Source: Octopus vulgaris
Lineage: Eukaryota
Reading direction: 5' to 3'
Assembly (NCBI GenBank): GCA_951406725.2
Contig: OX597823.1
Coordinates: 82,894,001-82,958,000 of the forward strand
Length of the DNA stretch: 64,000 nucleotides
The notes under the pieces were generated by a model, which was not told the DNA's origin, searched no databases, and saw only the letters and a list, made by a program, of their open reading frames with translations. Shown piece by piece: positions 1 to 14,492 of this stretch. Both the position numbers and the translations under genes were made by a program. Every line of letters starts with the position of its first letter. Within the stretch, counting starts at the first letter, position 1.

Positions 1-133
1 GTATTTTATGAACAGCAAAAGGATGACAAGTAAAGTTGTCCGTAGTGGGATTTGAACTCAGAACGTAAAATAGGACGAAATACCGTCAAGCATTTTCCTC
101 GGCATGCTGCCGATTCAGCTAACTCACCGCCTT
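1..133 (-). mobile_element. tRNA-headed SINE family A, partial diverged copy
   Basis: Reverse complement resembles the family-A head AGGCGGCGAGCTGGCAGAATCGTTAGCA...TTCTGAGTTCAAATTCC seen at 17360, 31377 and 60221. Confidence 0.7.
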
Positions 134-940
134 TTTCAATGTCATCGGTATTGAGAAGTTGTCTTGGAATTACTGATGTAGCAAGGAAAATAATGCACTT
201 TCAAAGGACGATATTATTTTTATGATTTTGGCAAGTAAAGGAGACAACACAGTACATACTTCGAGCTTATTAGATCTCTTCAGCAAAACTTGAACTTCAT
301 TTTACTGGTTGAAATAGTGATGAAATAATTACTTGTTAGATAACCAATATAGTACAGAAACAAATACATTCTAAGTACTGATTTATTTTTCGAATTTGAC
401 TAAATGTCCTTTAGCAGGAATGTAGAAGAAAGCAGTTTGTTCATTGGTTCATAAATACTTGTGAATGCTCAGCGTATATTTCTGGAAGACGCTAAAGATG
501 GTAACATTTATTAAGAATTTGTCTTTGTTTTCACAAGAGTTCATCATATAGAAATAGCAAACGAAATAAATCTAAATCAGATTAATGTGAAATAGAATCA
601 GACAAAATATGTTGGTTTTGTTTTTTGTCTTTTCAGATAGTTTATGAACACTTTACATTCGGGAAATTTTATTTGTAACACGGTAATTCTATGTATGTAT
701 TTTTTTGGTTTGTTTGTTTTCGCAAACACAAGAAAGATGTGTTTCTTTCTTTCTTTCTTTCTTTTATTTATATATTTATTTACGAGCCAAATAAAAGCAT
801 ATATTAGGTGTGAAATCAGGAAAGTTGGTCATACGAAAACACAAGAGATATATACATATGTAAAAAGCAAAACACATACATGTATATACACATATAGATA
901 TTATTGCATTCATTCTCACCAGTCTATTCCCACTGCATTT

Positions 941-974
<34 letters not shown>

Positions 975-1337
975 ATATGTATATATATATGTGTGTATAT
1001 ATATGTATGTTTATATATATATATTTGTATGTTGCGCAGTAGAAAATATGGGCTCTTGTACTTTACGTTGTGCATTTTGATGCCTTGAAACGAAGAAATA
1101 AAGGACACGCACACAGACATCTACACACGCACACAAGTGCGCACGCGCCCCGCGCCTGTACACTGGCATATACACATAAATGCACACACATGAATATATA
1201 TGTATATATACACACACACACACACGCACATACACACACACGCACATACACACACGCGCATATATAAATATATATATATAGATCAAATGTACAGAAAAGG
1301 GAAAAAGAACAAAGACAGGTAAAGGAACAAGAAGCAT

Positions 1338-1612
1338 ATGTATGTATGTGTGTATGTGTGTGTATGTATGTATGTATGTATGTATGTATGTATGTATGTA
1401 TGTATGTATGTGTATGTATGTGTGTGTATGTATGTATGTTTGTATGTGTATGTGTATGTATGTGTATGTGTGTGTATGTATATGTGGATGTGTGTGTGTC
1501 TGTGTGTGCATGTGTGTGTATGTGTGTGTGTATATGAGTGTATGTTTGTGTATGTATTATGTATGTATGTGTGTATGTATGCAATATGTATATATGTACA
1601 TATGTATGTATG
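1338..1612. repeat. Compound (TATG)n/(TG)n microsatellite
   Basis: Directly visible simple repeat; explains the overlapping YVCM/HTYI ORFs. Confidence 0.95.
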
Positions 1613-1899
1613 AAGCAAAGTTTTGTAACGATGGAACTCTGTGTCGATAAAGCTAATAAGGCAAAAGTGTTTACAACATTTGGCTAAAAACATCTGAATA
1701 GTATAAATTCGAAGTCTTCTACATTTTTTTTTTAACTCCAAGGGATTTTTTAGCGCAAATATTTCACACGCCTTTATTTATAACTTTATCGAATTTAAGA
1801 TTCACCATTAAAAATTACAAATGAAAAATACTTCATATCTCTCCATGTTTTTAAAATTCTTTTATTGAAAGCTGTACGTACATAACCACACATATTTAT

Positions 1900-2046
1900 G
1901 TGCGTATGTATGTGTGTGTATGTATGCATGTATGTATGTATGTATGTATGTATGTATGTATGTATGTATGTATGTATGTATGTATGTATGTATGTATGTA
2001 TGTACGTACGTATGTATGTATGTATGTATGTATGTATGTATGTATG

Positions 2047-2077
<31 letters not shown>

Positions 2078-2090
2078 GTGTATATATGTA
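1900..2090. repeat. (TATG)n microsatellite
   Basis: Directly visible. Confidence 0.95.
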
Positions 2091-2327
2091 TTGTACTTTT
2101 CAGATTTAATTGAATATTTCAAAATGCACATTAGCTCATTTCCCATGTTGTGTATGTTTCACTTCTATAAATTGAACATGGAAGATATGCTTAAATACAT
2201 ACCATTCAGACATATATACGCAATTGCGTACCCACAGACACATACATATATGTATATACTTACATGCAGATATGTGTGTGTTTACATAAATATATATATC
2301 CATATTTATGCATATATGTATGTATAC

Positions 2328-2714
2328 TCTTTTACTTGTTTCAGTCATTTGAATGTGGCCATGCTGGAGCACTGCCATTAATCGAGCAAAACGACCCCCA
2401 GGACTTATTCTTTGTAAGCCTAGTACTTATTCTATCCCTCTCTTTTGCCGAACCACTAGGTTACGGGGACGTAAGCACGCCAGCATCGATTGTCAAGCGA
2501 TGTTGGGGGGACAATCACAGACACACAAACATATACACACACATACATATATACATACATATAATCGACGGGTGTCTTTCAGTTTCCGTCTACCAAATCC
2601 ATTCACAAGGCTTTGCTCGGCCCGAGGCTATAGTAGAAGACACTGGAGTGGGACTGAACCCGGAACCATGTGGTTGGTAAGCAAGCTACTAACCACACAG
2701 CCACTCCTACGCCT
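2328..2714 (-). mobile_element. SINE family B (tRNA-like head, internal microsatellite, LINE-like tail), small internal deletion
   Basis: Minus strand reads AGGCGTAGGAGTGGCTGTGTGGTTAG...GGTTCAGTCCCAC...internal TA/TG repeat...GTGCTCCAGCATGGCCACATTCAAATGACTGAAACAAGT; colinear with the copies at 10533 and 25478. Confidence 0.9.
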
Positions 2715-2722
2715 ATATGTAT

Positions 2723-2813
<91 letters not shown>

Positions 2814-3881
2814 CGCATGTGTGTGTATGTCTGTGTGTGCATCAAATTCAAAAGCAAATACAAAACATGCGTAACCAGCAGATACATCTATCTGTCTGAT
2901 ACACATGAATGTGTTCTTACGTATTTGTTCATTTATTTCATTGGGTTTTATAATACTTCAGTACTTGTTTCCTATTTCTATTAATTTATTTGTTATTTGT
3001 TCTGAACCAACCGATGACTCAAGCAGTTTTAGTTAAGGAGTGGGGATAAGAAATTGAAACATCGTTTCGCCGTATGGTTATGCACCGACCAATGCATGAT
3101 TCATGCATTTGACCTCGGCATACCCAAATAAATCAATATGCAATGGGAGCGAAATTTTATTTAGGCGCAACAGCTAATCATATTTTCGAACAGTTTCTTT
3201 AAATATCCTTAGTGCATCCAATGATTTTTACCATCCTTTATCTAAAGTACTTAAAGTGATATTTTTACGCCCTGTTGTAAATAAGGGCTTTAGAATGACG
3301 TGAACTGTTGCTTTATATATATATATATATATATTTATGTAACTTTCCATTATGCTTCCATTTACACATTTGTATAGATTCGAATAAGATGAGTATTTGT
3401 GTAGTCAGAAATGATATCATATAAAGATAATTATATCATGGTATTTAAAATAGATATGTAACGATATATCAAACATATTCGTTTTTTAATTTGTTTATTG
3501 AATATTTTTTTGTAATATTTTATGAGTGTAAATAATTAATTAAGATATTATTTGATAAGCATAAGTACGCACCCATACTCACAATAGCGAATATTTTTTC
3601 CATTATCTCCAATGAACAAAGAATATTTATTTTAAATAACGTGAAAAGAGAAATTTGTGATATTTATGCTTTTTACTAGGGCACAGAGTAAGTGAAATGA
3701 AATAGAATCAAACGGGTGCAGAGACTGATTCAGAGCAGATAAAACCACCCACCCGTCTATAAAGTCACAGAAATATGCGTGTACTGTGAATCCCAACTGG
3801 GTAGTGTTGGTTACTCAACCACGTGGAATGATGATGATGACGACGACAACGATGATGATGATGATGAATAAAAATTGTGAT

Positions 3882-4140
3882 GATGCGTGGTTTAGTGGTT
3901 AGGGTGTTGTACTTACGATCGCGATACTGTGGTTTCGATTCCCAGTCGAAACAATACGTTCTGACCTTGAGCAACACACTTCGGTTCATATTACTCCAGT
4001 CCATTCACCTGTAAATGAATAACACTGAAACGCACTGACGTCCAATTGAGGGTGCATTTGTGATCTCGATCACTGCTACGTCATGCAACCCAGGTAATAG
4101 TCCTTATGATGCCAAGGGCTCAAGACTCTAATGTCCAGGG
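3882..4140 (+). mobile_element. SINE family D (tRNA head plus CORE-like segment), diverged
   Basis: A-box TGGTTTAGTGG, B-box GTTTCGATTCCC, then GACCTTGAGCAACACACTT...CTCCAGTCCA; homologous to 23537 and 53453. Confidence 0.75.
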
Positions 4141-4887
4141 ATTAATGATGATTATGACAACGACGATGATGATGGTTATAATGACGATGATGATGATTAG
4201 CAACAGAACATTTCTCATACAACGCAATCTCTATCGTTGAATTCACTAAAAGGCTATGAAACTTGAATATTTACCCACAATAATATTAATATGTTTGAGC
4301 ATTATTTTCTCTATAAATACGAAATTCAACATCAAATTTACTACACGAAAGGGAACGATCTGTATTCCAGTTATATAAATCGAAGTAAAATGAATATTGA
4401 TCACGCATGTCAGGCTGGTACAAAGCGAATTGTTTATTCTCATCATTCAATTGTTCTTGCTGATAACGTAATCGTGGTTTAATGCCAGGTAAGCTCTGAA
4501 AGTGGAGATCTATGATAAAACGCATTCCACCAATGGAAATTTAGTATTTTGTAAATTATTGCGTACCAGAAGCTATATAATTCGGTATGAATTTGTTTTT
4601 AAGAATGTATATTACAAGTAATTCCTAAAAGGTCGAGTGATAACTCAAGGTCAACTATTTGCTTTGACTAACCATGTTTTGTTTGGTTGTTTGAAGTTTC
4701 AATGATATCCAGAGACATCAGAACAAAATTTGATCTTATCGCCACGAGCTTGGTGGTGATCGGTTCATCTGGTAAACTTTTGCGATTGATGTGTCAGTTA
4801 AATGTATAACTGCGTTTGATATAATTGCATACTCTGGAAATACATATAAAATAAATATTATTTATGTGCATAGATCAATATGGTGAG

Positions 4888-5452
<565 letters not shown>

Positions 5453-5453
5453 T

Positions 5454-5746
5454 GGAGACGCAATGGCGTAGTGGTTAGGGCAGCGGATTCGCGGTCGCAG
5501 AATCGCGGTTTCGATTCCCAGACCGGGCGTTGTGAGTGTTTATTGAGCGAAAACACCTAAAAGCTCCACAGGGCTCCGGCAGGGGGTGGTGATCCCTGCT
5601 GTACTCTTTCACCACAACTTTCTCCCACTCTTTCTTCTGTTGGCCTGCTCGCTTAGCCAGCGGGGTGGCTAAAACAATGCGAACGCATTGTGACCAGCGA
5701 TGTGTAACAACATCTGATGGTCTGGTCGGTCACGTGATCACGTGAT
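5454..5746 (+). mobile_element. SINE family C, tRNA-derived, apparently full length, inserted in (TA)n
   Basis: A-box TGGCGTAGTGG and B-box GTTTCGATTCCC at the 5' end; ends in a doubled TCACGTGA; (TA)n on both flanks. Confidence 0.8.
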
Positions 5747-5806
5747 ATATGTATATGTATATTTATATATATATATGCATATATAAATATATATACGTAT
5801 ATATAT

Positions 5807-5866
<60 letters not shown>

Positions 5867-5867
5867 T

Positions 5868-5941
<74 letters not shown>

Positions 5942-6552
5942 TGTGTGTGTGTGTGTGTATGTGTGTATGAAACAAGAATGTTTCTTAACATAAAAACAAA
6001 GAAATTATTAAAAATGCAATAAAAGGGAAAAAATTATTAGAATTCTGCATTCCTGATAAAAGGGTATCTTGCTTCGTTGATATATTGATCGAGGTTGTTA
6101 GTTCGCAATTATACAAATTACGCTGATCTGACTTAATAATTACTTTGCGATGCAATATTCCAGCAAATTTGTTAATCAGATATTCGATCGAAAACTTACA
6201 TGCAGCATGCTAAAACGAAGAATTTATAGATTTTTAAATCAGGATTACATTTGTGATATATAGAATGAAATATTCGATATGAATTATGAAGTAATAAATG
6301 TATAGTTTCCTGATTTTGTTTATCGAACAAGCTGAGCAAGCATTAATGCTGTTCTACTTTTAGAATTTAGCCGTTTTGGATAATTGCTATTTCAACATCA
6401 TATAAATGAAAATACATTAATAAGAAATCAAGCTGTCTGATGTAGCTTCCATTTCAGACAGACTGAACTCGTTTCCTGTGCATATAAAAGAAAATACGGA
6501 TGCGTATATCAGAATATCAGTATGTGCTTTTCTTTCTCTCGCGCTCTCTCTC

Positions 6553-6606
<54 letters not shown>

Positions 6607-6959
6607 ATGTGTGTGTATATATATATATATATATATCATTTCAAACCTTCTCCATTTACCTTACCAAAACGTCAGGAATTTGTGCAACAATCTGACATAT
6701 AAGTTATTGTCACCCATCAATAAATTCTTTGAACCAAAAGATTTATTCACGAAAGGGTTTAGCGAACGGTGTCAACTTTAAGGTTGTACTCTGTGTGACC
6801 GTTCATTGTAGGTTTGTAAATAAAGATAAATACCTTATAAAGTCATGTTTTCATTTTTTTTTTGTTATATTACTGTCTTTTTCTTCGAGGTACCCCGCCA
6901 CCCTCTTCCTTTCTTTTCCGAAAAAAGTGACTAGTCTTTTTTCAATCTGCATTTTTAAA

Positions 6960-7700
6960 AAGAAGTAAAAAATCTGAAAATTGATTATATTGAAGTAGTT
7001 TTCCACGCATGTTCCTGTGAAGCCATGAACTTCTGAAGAAAACGATCTCCAAACGATTCCCAAATCTCTTAACCCCCTAGCACCCTTTTGCTCCGAAACT
7101 ACCCCTCGAGCTCCAAATCGCCCCCGTTGGGAACATTTGCTTTAGAAGAAGAAAGGGATGTATCCCACGGCTAGTATTTGGAATTAAGTTTTTAAATGCA
7201 ATAGGTGGGTGACAGGATTGTTTATTAACATATTTAAGGTTCTCATTCGATTTGTGGAAGGGCTTATATGAATTAGTTTTAAGATCCAAGGAAACATCTA
7301 AAAAAAAAGCTGATGGTAGAAATTAATTACTTTCCAAAGGAATCCATAGCATGGCCATAACAATTGCGTGATACTGCTAAAGTATCGTCGCGGCGTGGTA
7401 TACACTGATGCTATGGCTGGGAAATTTCGAATTCAGATGGTTTAACATATATAAACCAACTAATTCGCTCTATCATCCCATTAAGACATCGATAAGTTCA
7501 TTTTAGTTATCTTTTTTAGTCCAAATAAAACAGTTACTGGATAACAATATCCTATGTACCTGCATAAAAGCTATATTTCTTGCTCATCTATGGTTATAAA
7601 TGAACGTGCAAACTCTAATACATTACGTAGGACCGGTTCAGATACTGATGTGAAGAAATCCACAACATCAAACTCTGTGAATTTCGCTTTATTTATTTAT
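6960..7700 (-). pseudogene. Decayed Penelope-like element reverse transcriptase
   Basis: Minus-strand peptides in PLE-RT order: FTEFDVVDFFTSVSEPVLRNVLEFA; WTKK..LIDVLMG**SELVGLYML; RRDDTLAV (YxDD motif); LDVSLDLKTNSYKPFHKSNENLKYVNKQSCHPP (thumb). Many stops and frameshifts. Confidence 0.8.
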
Positions 7701-7802
7701 TTTTTCGAGGATGGATTTGAACATAGATATTCTCGAAAATCAGAGATAGACATGTTTGTCGCACAGACATGTATGTCAGAATAATCTAATTATATTTCAA
7801 TC

Positions 7803-8336
7803 GTTTACTCGTTTCTCTCATCGGACTGTGGCCATGTTGCGGCACCACAAAGAAGGGATTTAATCGAACAGCTAGTACTAAGTACTTATCGTTTTTCTTT
7901 TCTTTTTCTTCTTTTTTTAAAACTCTGGTACTTGTGCTATCGTTCGCTTTCCCCGAACAGCTACCTTACGGTGGGAGGGGTAAACAAACCAACACCGGTC
8001 GTCAAGTGCTGTGAGGGGACAAATACAGACACAAGCGCACGAACACACACACACATTCACTCACACACATTCATACACACATACATTCACACACATACAC
8101 ATATACACACAAACAATATTCTTTTATTCGTTTCAGTCATGCGGCTGCAGTCATGCTGAAGCATGATAGGCTTCCACAAAGTTTCCGACAATCGAATTCA
8201 CGAATTAATCCACAAGGCTTTGGTCAACCCAAGACTATAATATAAAACACTTGCCCGAGGTGCTGCGCTGTGAGACTGAACCCAAAACCTCGTCGTTACA
8301 AAGCAAGCTTCTTAACCACATAGTTTTCCCTGCATC
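7803..8336 (-). mobile_element. SINE family B, diverged, with an extra tail fragment
   Basis: Shares head, internal CA repeat and tail with other family-B copies. Confidence 0.75.
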
Positions 8337-8729
8337 TACGCAGCCATTCTCGTGAATATATAAATGGTGGGGTTGTGTTGTTCTACTTTTAGAATTTAGC
8401 CGTCCATAAAGAACAAATAAATCTCCCGGAATACCGGCAAATTCCACTGAGTGGCCACATAGACTCATGCGCTAAAGAAAAAATCCCAAATTTTACATAT
8501 TCCCCTTCTACCAATGTAAAGACGGAATCACCACACAAGAGAGAATTAACAAGGAGAATCTTTTTATTGAAAAATTCAAAACGCATCTTAATGTGTAAAC
8601 TCCTCGTTCATCATGCTTCTTTTTTCTACCTCATTGTTCATGGATGGACTAATACAAATATATAAGGATACCATACAGTCATCACTTTAAGCTAAAACTT
8701 ATATTCTTTATTTATCATTATTATAGTTG

Positions 8730-8777
<48 letters not shown>

Positions 8778-9171
8778 GACATAACAATCTGAAATGTAAT
8801 TATAAATTGGTTTATGTAAATTTATATAATTAGAAAACAATATAAATAAAGTGTTAAAATCTGAATGTTAAGTTAACAAACAATTATATTTAAAAAAAGA
8901 TAATGCAATTGAAGCTAAATTGATAATTTTATAATTTAAGGTTTATTAACACCCTTTATTACAAAAAATTGATAAACCCAAATTGAAGAGCTTAAAACCC
9001 ACAGAGTTGTCTCCCCTTATATCATCAGCTTATTCATTTTATCTCTTTCACACATATTGAGGTGGCAGATAAGTGTCAACCTGCGCAGATATCACCATTT
9101 GAAAGCAGTCACTAATCAGCACAAGGTACTTTCATGCGTTTTGTTTAAACGCACATTATTATATTAGTTAG

Positions 9172-9380
9172 AAATTTTGGCACAAGCCAGCAATTTCAGG
9201 AGTTTGGTTAAGTCGATTACATCAATCCCAGTATTCAACGGGTATTTATTTTATCCACATCAGCAGAATAAAAGGCGGTGTCAGCCTCAGCGGAATTTCT
9301 ACTCAGAACGTAAAGACACACGGAAAGCCACCAAGCATTTTGCCCAGTATGCTAAACGTTTTGTCAGCTTTAACTTAGGT
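9172..9380 (-). mobile_element. SINE family A, diverged
   Basis: GGCACAAGCCAGCAATTTC...AGTCGATTACATC...GCGGAATTTCTACTCAGAACGTAAAG matches the family-A body. Confidence 0.7.
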
Positions 9381-9675
9381 TATTATATAAGAAATTGATT
9401 CAGGTGAGAACGCTTGTGTCAGCGCATCCTTCATTAGGGGGTGGGGTGGCAGCGTAACCAGTTTTCTGGGAAGGCCCAGATGTTGAGTTGTGTTTGCCAT
9501 ATTTTTTCTCTGTTCTCTGTAAAACAGCAGGTAGTGTTAAGCGTTATCTCACAGCAAGCGTGTGTTTGACAGCAAACAAATATTGACTTAGCAATGAATG
9601 ATGAGATAGCCATCATATGTCAATATGGAGAAATCATTTATTAGCCACACACACATATATATGCACTTATATATG

Positions 9676-9772
<97 letters not shown>

Positions 9773-9799
9773 GCGTGCACACACACACATATAGTTCAA

Positions 9800-10130
9800 A
9801 TTTACATAAAATAAAAGCCGAATACAGCTGAAGGAACAACAAGCAGGTGTATTAGTTTAATGTTCGGGAAGAATGGAAAATTCTTTGACGTTTCCAGCCT
9901 ACGCCTTTCGACAGTAAGAATTGAGAGGGAAAAAAACGGAAAGAGAAAATAATGTGTAAGGAATAACGGTTCAACATGATGAAAAGGCCGAAAGAAAGAG
10001 GCTGAGTGAAAGGTAGTAACGGTAACCTAACGTGCACAAGGTGTGAAAATGGTGTGCGAGAAAGCGTATGTATGAATGGGAGCGAGTGTCTGAGTATGTA
10101 TGTGTGAGCGAACTCAAAATTATGGGGGCC

Positions 10131-10170
<40 letters not shown>

Positions 10171-10422
10171 AGTAACTTAGTGCATACATTTTGTGGGGTG
10201 ATGTACGTTTCATGTACTGGTGTATATGTGTGGGGGATTATCTCATGTGCGTGCAAACGCACGTTTATTCCTATCCATGGTGAAGGCGAGAGTGGGGTGG
10301 CCTCTGTGCAGAGACGGTCAGAACACAGCCAGAGGTTGTAGTGAATAACCGGTGAAGCGGAGGTGGCTCGAGACCAGAGTGTCATTGCCGAGTCTGATGT
10401 CTCGAAGTTGCTCAGTGTACCG

Positions 10423-10425
<3 letters not shown>
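9800..10425 (-). mobile_element. Penelope-like element 3' remnant (GIY-YIG end plus pLTR with hammerhead-like motif)
   Basis: Minus-strand frames give YIG..., then [35 protein letters not shown], typical of the PLE GIY-YIG C-terminus. The downstream 9800-9980 segment is homologous to 38010-38220 and 60725-60895. Confidence 0.7.
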
Positions 10426-10455
<30 letters not shown>

Positions 10456-10532
10456 TGTATGTATGTATGTATGTATGTATGTATGTATGTATGTATGTGT
10501 GTATGTGTGTATGTATGTATGTATGTATGTAT

Positions 10533-10920
10533 AGGCGCAGGCACAGCTATGTATTTACAAGCATGCTTCTCAACCATATGGTTTCAGGTTCAGTTCCAAT
10601 GCGTGGCACCTTGGGCACGTGCTTTCTACTATAGCCTCGGGTCGACCAAAGTCTTGTGAGTGTATTAACTGAAATCTGTATGTATGTATGTTTGTTTGTA
10701 TATATCTATGCGCGCGTGTTTTTGTGTCAGTGCTTGTTCCCCACCATCGCTTGACAATTGGTGTTGGTGTCTTACATCCCCGTAACTTAGCGATTCGGCA
10801 AAAGAGACTAACAGAATAAGTACTAGGCTTACAAAGAATAAGTCCTGGTGTCGATTCGTTTGACTAAGAACCTTCATGACAGTATGCCAGCGCGGCTGCA
10901 ATAAAACAAGTAAAAGAATA
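10533..10920 (+). mobile_element. SINE family B
   Basis: AGGCGCAGG...GGTTCAGTTCCAATGCGTGGCACCTTGGGCA (CORE-like)...CCCCGTAACTTAGCG...AAACAAGTAAAAG. Confidence 0.85.
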
Positions 10921-11460
10921 AAAGAATATATACACAGATATATAGAGATACATACTGACTGACTGACTGACTTACAAACAGATAGATAGATAGATAAATT
11001 CATCTACTCGGCAAGAAAATTATCAATGTTACCCTAATCTTCCCACTAGCAGTGGTTGAAATGGTAGTGTAAACGCGGGACCCCGTCTAGCGCTTCCGAG
11101 ATAATCGAGGCAAAATCTGAACTTCATACGATTTTGAAGTTCAAATTTGTATCTGGCTTCGTATGTAGTATCTTCCAGGAAATTTATAATATATAACCAG
11201 CAGGCATAATATAATCTTCTACTTCGCCCAAGGCGTTTAAATATAATAACAGCATGTTGCCAAGTTTGTAATATATTAGATGGAAAGAAAATATTACTGT
11301 TATTTGTTCAAGGTAAATATTTAATGAGAAATTTGTAACCGGAAAACTCAGCTAACAAACCGTTGTATTATTAAGTATTCTCACAATGATAACCTACAAC
11401 ACAACACCAACATGTCTGTACCTATATAACAATCTATCTATCCATCTATCCATCTGTCTG

Positions 11461-11563
<103 letters not shown>

Positions 11564-11592
11564 CTAGCTATCTGTCTGTCTGTTTCTCTCTT

Positions 11593-11667
<75 letters not shown>

Positions 11668-11993
11668 TTATTACTCCATCTCGCGCACGATAGCTGATGT
11701 TCTCTGTAAGCCTTGCAACATGTATAGCTCAGCGGAACTTGAGATTTCGGTTTTCTGTGAGCAAATCTTTCACTGTGCCCGGTTCTTCAACTACTTCCTT
11801 TAGAAATGTTCTCGCAATGATATTCCTAGATCTTTAGCCAATCGTAGTCAATCGATATTTTTCTCTTACTATCGTAGCTCAGTTCTGACTTGTGTATAGC
11901 AGTGCATATGGGGCGTGCTATTGAAGAGTCTGGCATGTATGATCTTACTCACCTTTGTTTGAGGTACCTTGTAGAGGCAGACACCTTCCATCC

Positions 11994-12026
<33 letters not shown>

Positions 12027-12248
12027 TGTATGTATGTATGTATGTATGTATGTATGTATACATGTATGTATTTATGTATGTATGTATGTATGTATGTATA
12101 TATATGTATGTATGTATGTATATGTATCATTCAAATACGGTAGTAGTTGAATAATATTCTTAAGGCCGCAATTTGGTCACACGCAACATATTTCAGGGCT
12201 TCTCGTTAATTCAATTCTTAACCAAATTGAAAGCTGTTGACATCATTG

Positions 12249-12390
12249 AAGAGGCTATAGTTCGGCAAGAATGTAAGAGGGGTAAACCCATCAAATCTAT
12301 ATTGACTCAATAAGTGGTTGTTTAAATTTAGATACACATACCACTTATACTTGTTCTGCAACATGTAGAGAAGGAAACTCAACCTGACAT
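12249..12390 (+). repeat. 142-bp direct repeat, copy 1
   Basis: About 9 mismatches and no gaps versus 16856-16997 by manual alignment. Confidence 0.9.
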
Positions 12391-12495
12391 AAAAAATTCA
12401 GATTTGGACCAGTAGAAAAAAGTTAATATCAAAATGTGTAGCAACATTATAGGAGAGTAAGTAACGTGTCCAATCAAGTTTAGATCCAATCTCCC

Positions 12496-13515
12496 GTTGT
12501 ATGGAGAGGGTGCCACAGCAGAAAGAACCGCCCGTGATTGATATACCAAGTTCAAAAATTGAAATGTTGACCTCAAAGACACACCTCGTTATGGCCGTCC
12601 AGTTGAGTTCGATGAAGAGCGATTAAACGAACTTTTGCACGAAAATTCTCGTCAAACGACAATGGAACTGGCAGAGAAAAAGGGAGTGTTCCCACACTGC
12701 TATAGACAAGCATCTTCACTTGATGGGAAAGGTTCAGAAGTATGGAGCATGAGTTCCGCATGCTTTAAGTGACAACAACAAAAATCAGCGAGCCACAATC
12801 TCCGCTGCTTTGCTTGCTCGTCACCGCTCAACTCATGGACACAAGCAACGGTTTCTTTACCGAATCGTTACTGGCAACGAAAAATGGTGCCTGTATATCA
12901 ATATGAAGCAGCGTAAGGAATGACTTAGCCCCGGTAAACAAGCGACACCGTGCGTGAAACAAGATCTTCATCCGCGTAAAACGATGTTGTGCATATGGTG
13001 GGACGGAGAAGGGATTATCCATTACGAATTGCTTGAACGGAAGCAAACGATCAACGCGGAACTCTATGTTCAACGGATGGAACGATTCAACACGGCTATT
13101 CAAGAGAAAAGACCTAATCAGCAGCATAGAGTTATTCTGTTATACGACAACGCCCGCCCTCATATCGCCAATATGACCAAGGAAGCCATTCAAACGCTTG
13201 GCTGCGAAGTGCTGCCACACCCGCCATACTCTCCTGATTTGGCACCAACGAATTTCCACCCCTTTCGATCTCTTTCAAATGCTATGCGCGGAGTTTCGTT
13301 CAATACTGATGCAGAATTGAGAGCTTGGTTGGATCAATTTTTCGGGTCAATATCGGGTGATTTCTATCAACGTGGTATTGAAAATCTTGTTGAACGTTGG
13401 GAAGAAGTTGTAAACAAAAAGGGTAACTACATTACTGATTAATTAGTTATTTTTTATTAAACCTTTTAAAACATTTAAATTAAAAAAAAAACGGTGGGAA
13501 CTTAGTTGCCAACAC
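12496..13515 (+). mobile_element. Mariner (DD34D-type) transposon, 5'-truncated, inactivated
   Basis: Peptides YGEGA..ERTAR.., A*VPHAL (WVPHEL motif), VTGNEKW, YDNARPH, HPPYSPDLAPTNF; ORF 12954-13442. Two catalytic Asp appear mutated to Asn. Probable right TIR ...CGGTGGGAACTTAGTTGCCAACAC followed by TA; no left TIR found. Confidence 0.92.
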
Positions 13516-13557
13516 TATATATATATATGTATATATAAATATATATACATACACACG

Positions 13558-13614
<57 letters not shown>

Positions 13615-13619
<5 letters not shown>

Positions 13620-14475
13620 TGAGAAAGTTGGTGTGTGAAAGCACGTGGTTGAATATATAGAAAATAGTAAAAAGTGAAAAAACTACAGAAGGCTTGTTTT
13701 AAAAGGTTACAAAAATATATATTTGAGTCATTATGTCAGAAGGATGTTATAAATTTTTTTCATACAATGACAGTTTTTGAAGAAAGACCGGTTTCGCGTT
13801 CAGCTTTTCAAATTTCTTACATCGTTATGTTTTCGTTGAGAAGTGTAAAGAAAGAGTTCCAGATAAGGGGAGGTAATAAGTGATTTCTTCCTGTGTAAGG
13901 GAGATAATCGCTTAATATTTCTTTTTTGGAGTGTGAGTTTCTCTGTATAAGAATGTTGGAATGTTTAAGTTTGGGCTTGTACTTTTCAATGAAGAATGTT
14001 TCCTTGTTTAGTCTAATTTGTGTTGGTGTTCCGATAGCACATTGGTAAAATGGAAAGATTAAAAATTGTGGTAGTAGTTGCTTTGCGCATTTCTCAATGT
14101 GCTCACTAAAGGGTATCATTCTGTATTCTGGGAATGCGATCTGTTGTCGATGCAGTGTGCATCTACGTTTGAGTGATAGTCCCGTGGCCCCCACGTAGTT
14201 TTGATGGCAGCCCGAGCATCTTATGACATAAATTATGTTTTCAGAGGCACAAGTAAAATTGGATTTGATCTTGAATTTCTGTCCCTCTTTGAAGAGGAAT
14301 TCTGATCCTTCTAGCAGGTTTGGACGTGTTGCACAGTTCGGTCTACCACATTTTTTTACTTTTGCATCCGTAATTTCAGAAAACAATTTTGCCTTTGTGA
14401 GAATCTTTTTAAGTGATTTAGGTTGTTTGTAGCTTTTAATGATTTGGTGTATGTTTAGAATTTCCTTTAATTCTA
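13615..14475 (-). mobile_element. Penelope-like element (Neptune-type) 3' portion with GIY-YIG endonuclease
   Basis: ORF 13817-14386: KKCGRPNCAT (Cys linker)...FTCASENIIYVIRCSGCHQNYVGATGLSLKRRCTLH...KETFFIEKYKPKL; non-coding pLTR-like tail toward 13615. Confidence 0.9.
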
Positions 14476-14492
14476 AACATAATTCTAAACAT

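Noticed and set aside
5454-5530. Possible tRNA gene
   Set aside because: Has A and B boxes but no convincing acceptor stem and runs into a SINE body; treated as a SINE head.
11690-11995. Tc1/mariner-like fragments (also ~20030-20298, ~54100-54340, ~60980-61320)
   Set aside because: Only faint peptide or single-terminus resemblance; too weak to annotate without a database search.
13785-13835. Hammerhead in the Neptune-type PLE tails (also ~45545-45600)
   Set aside because: Only the GAAAC(C/T)GGT(C/A) half is recognisable; CUGANGA and stems are too decayed to call.
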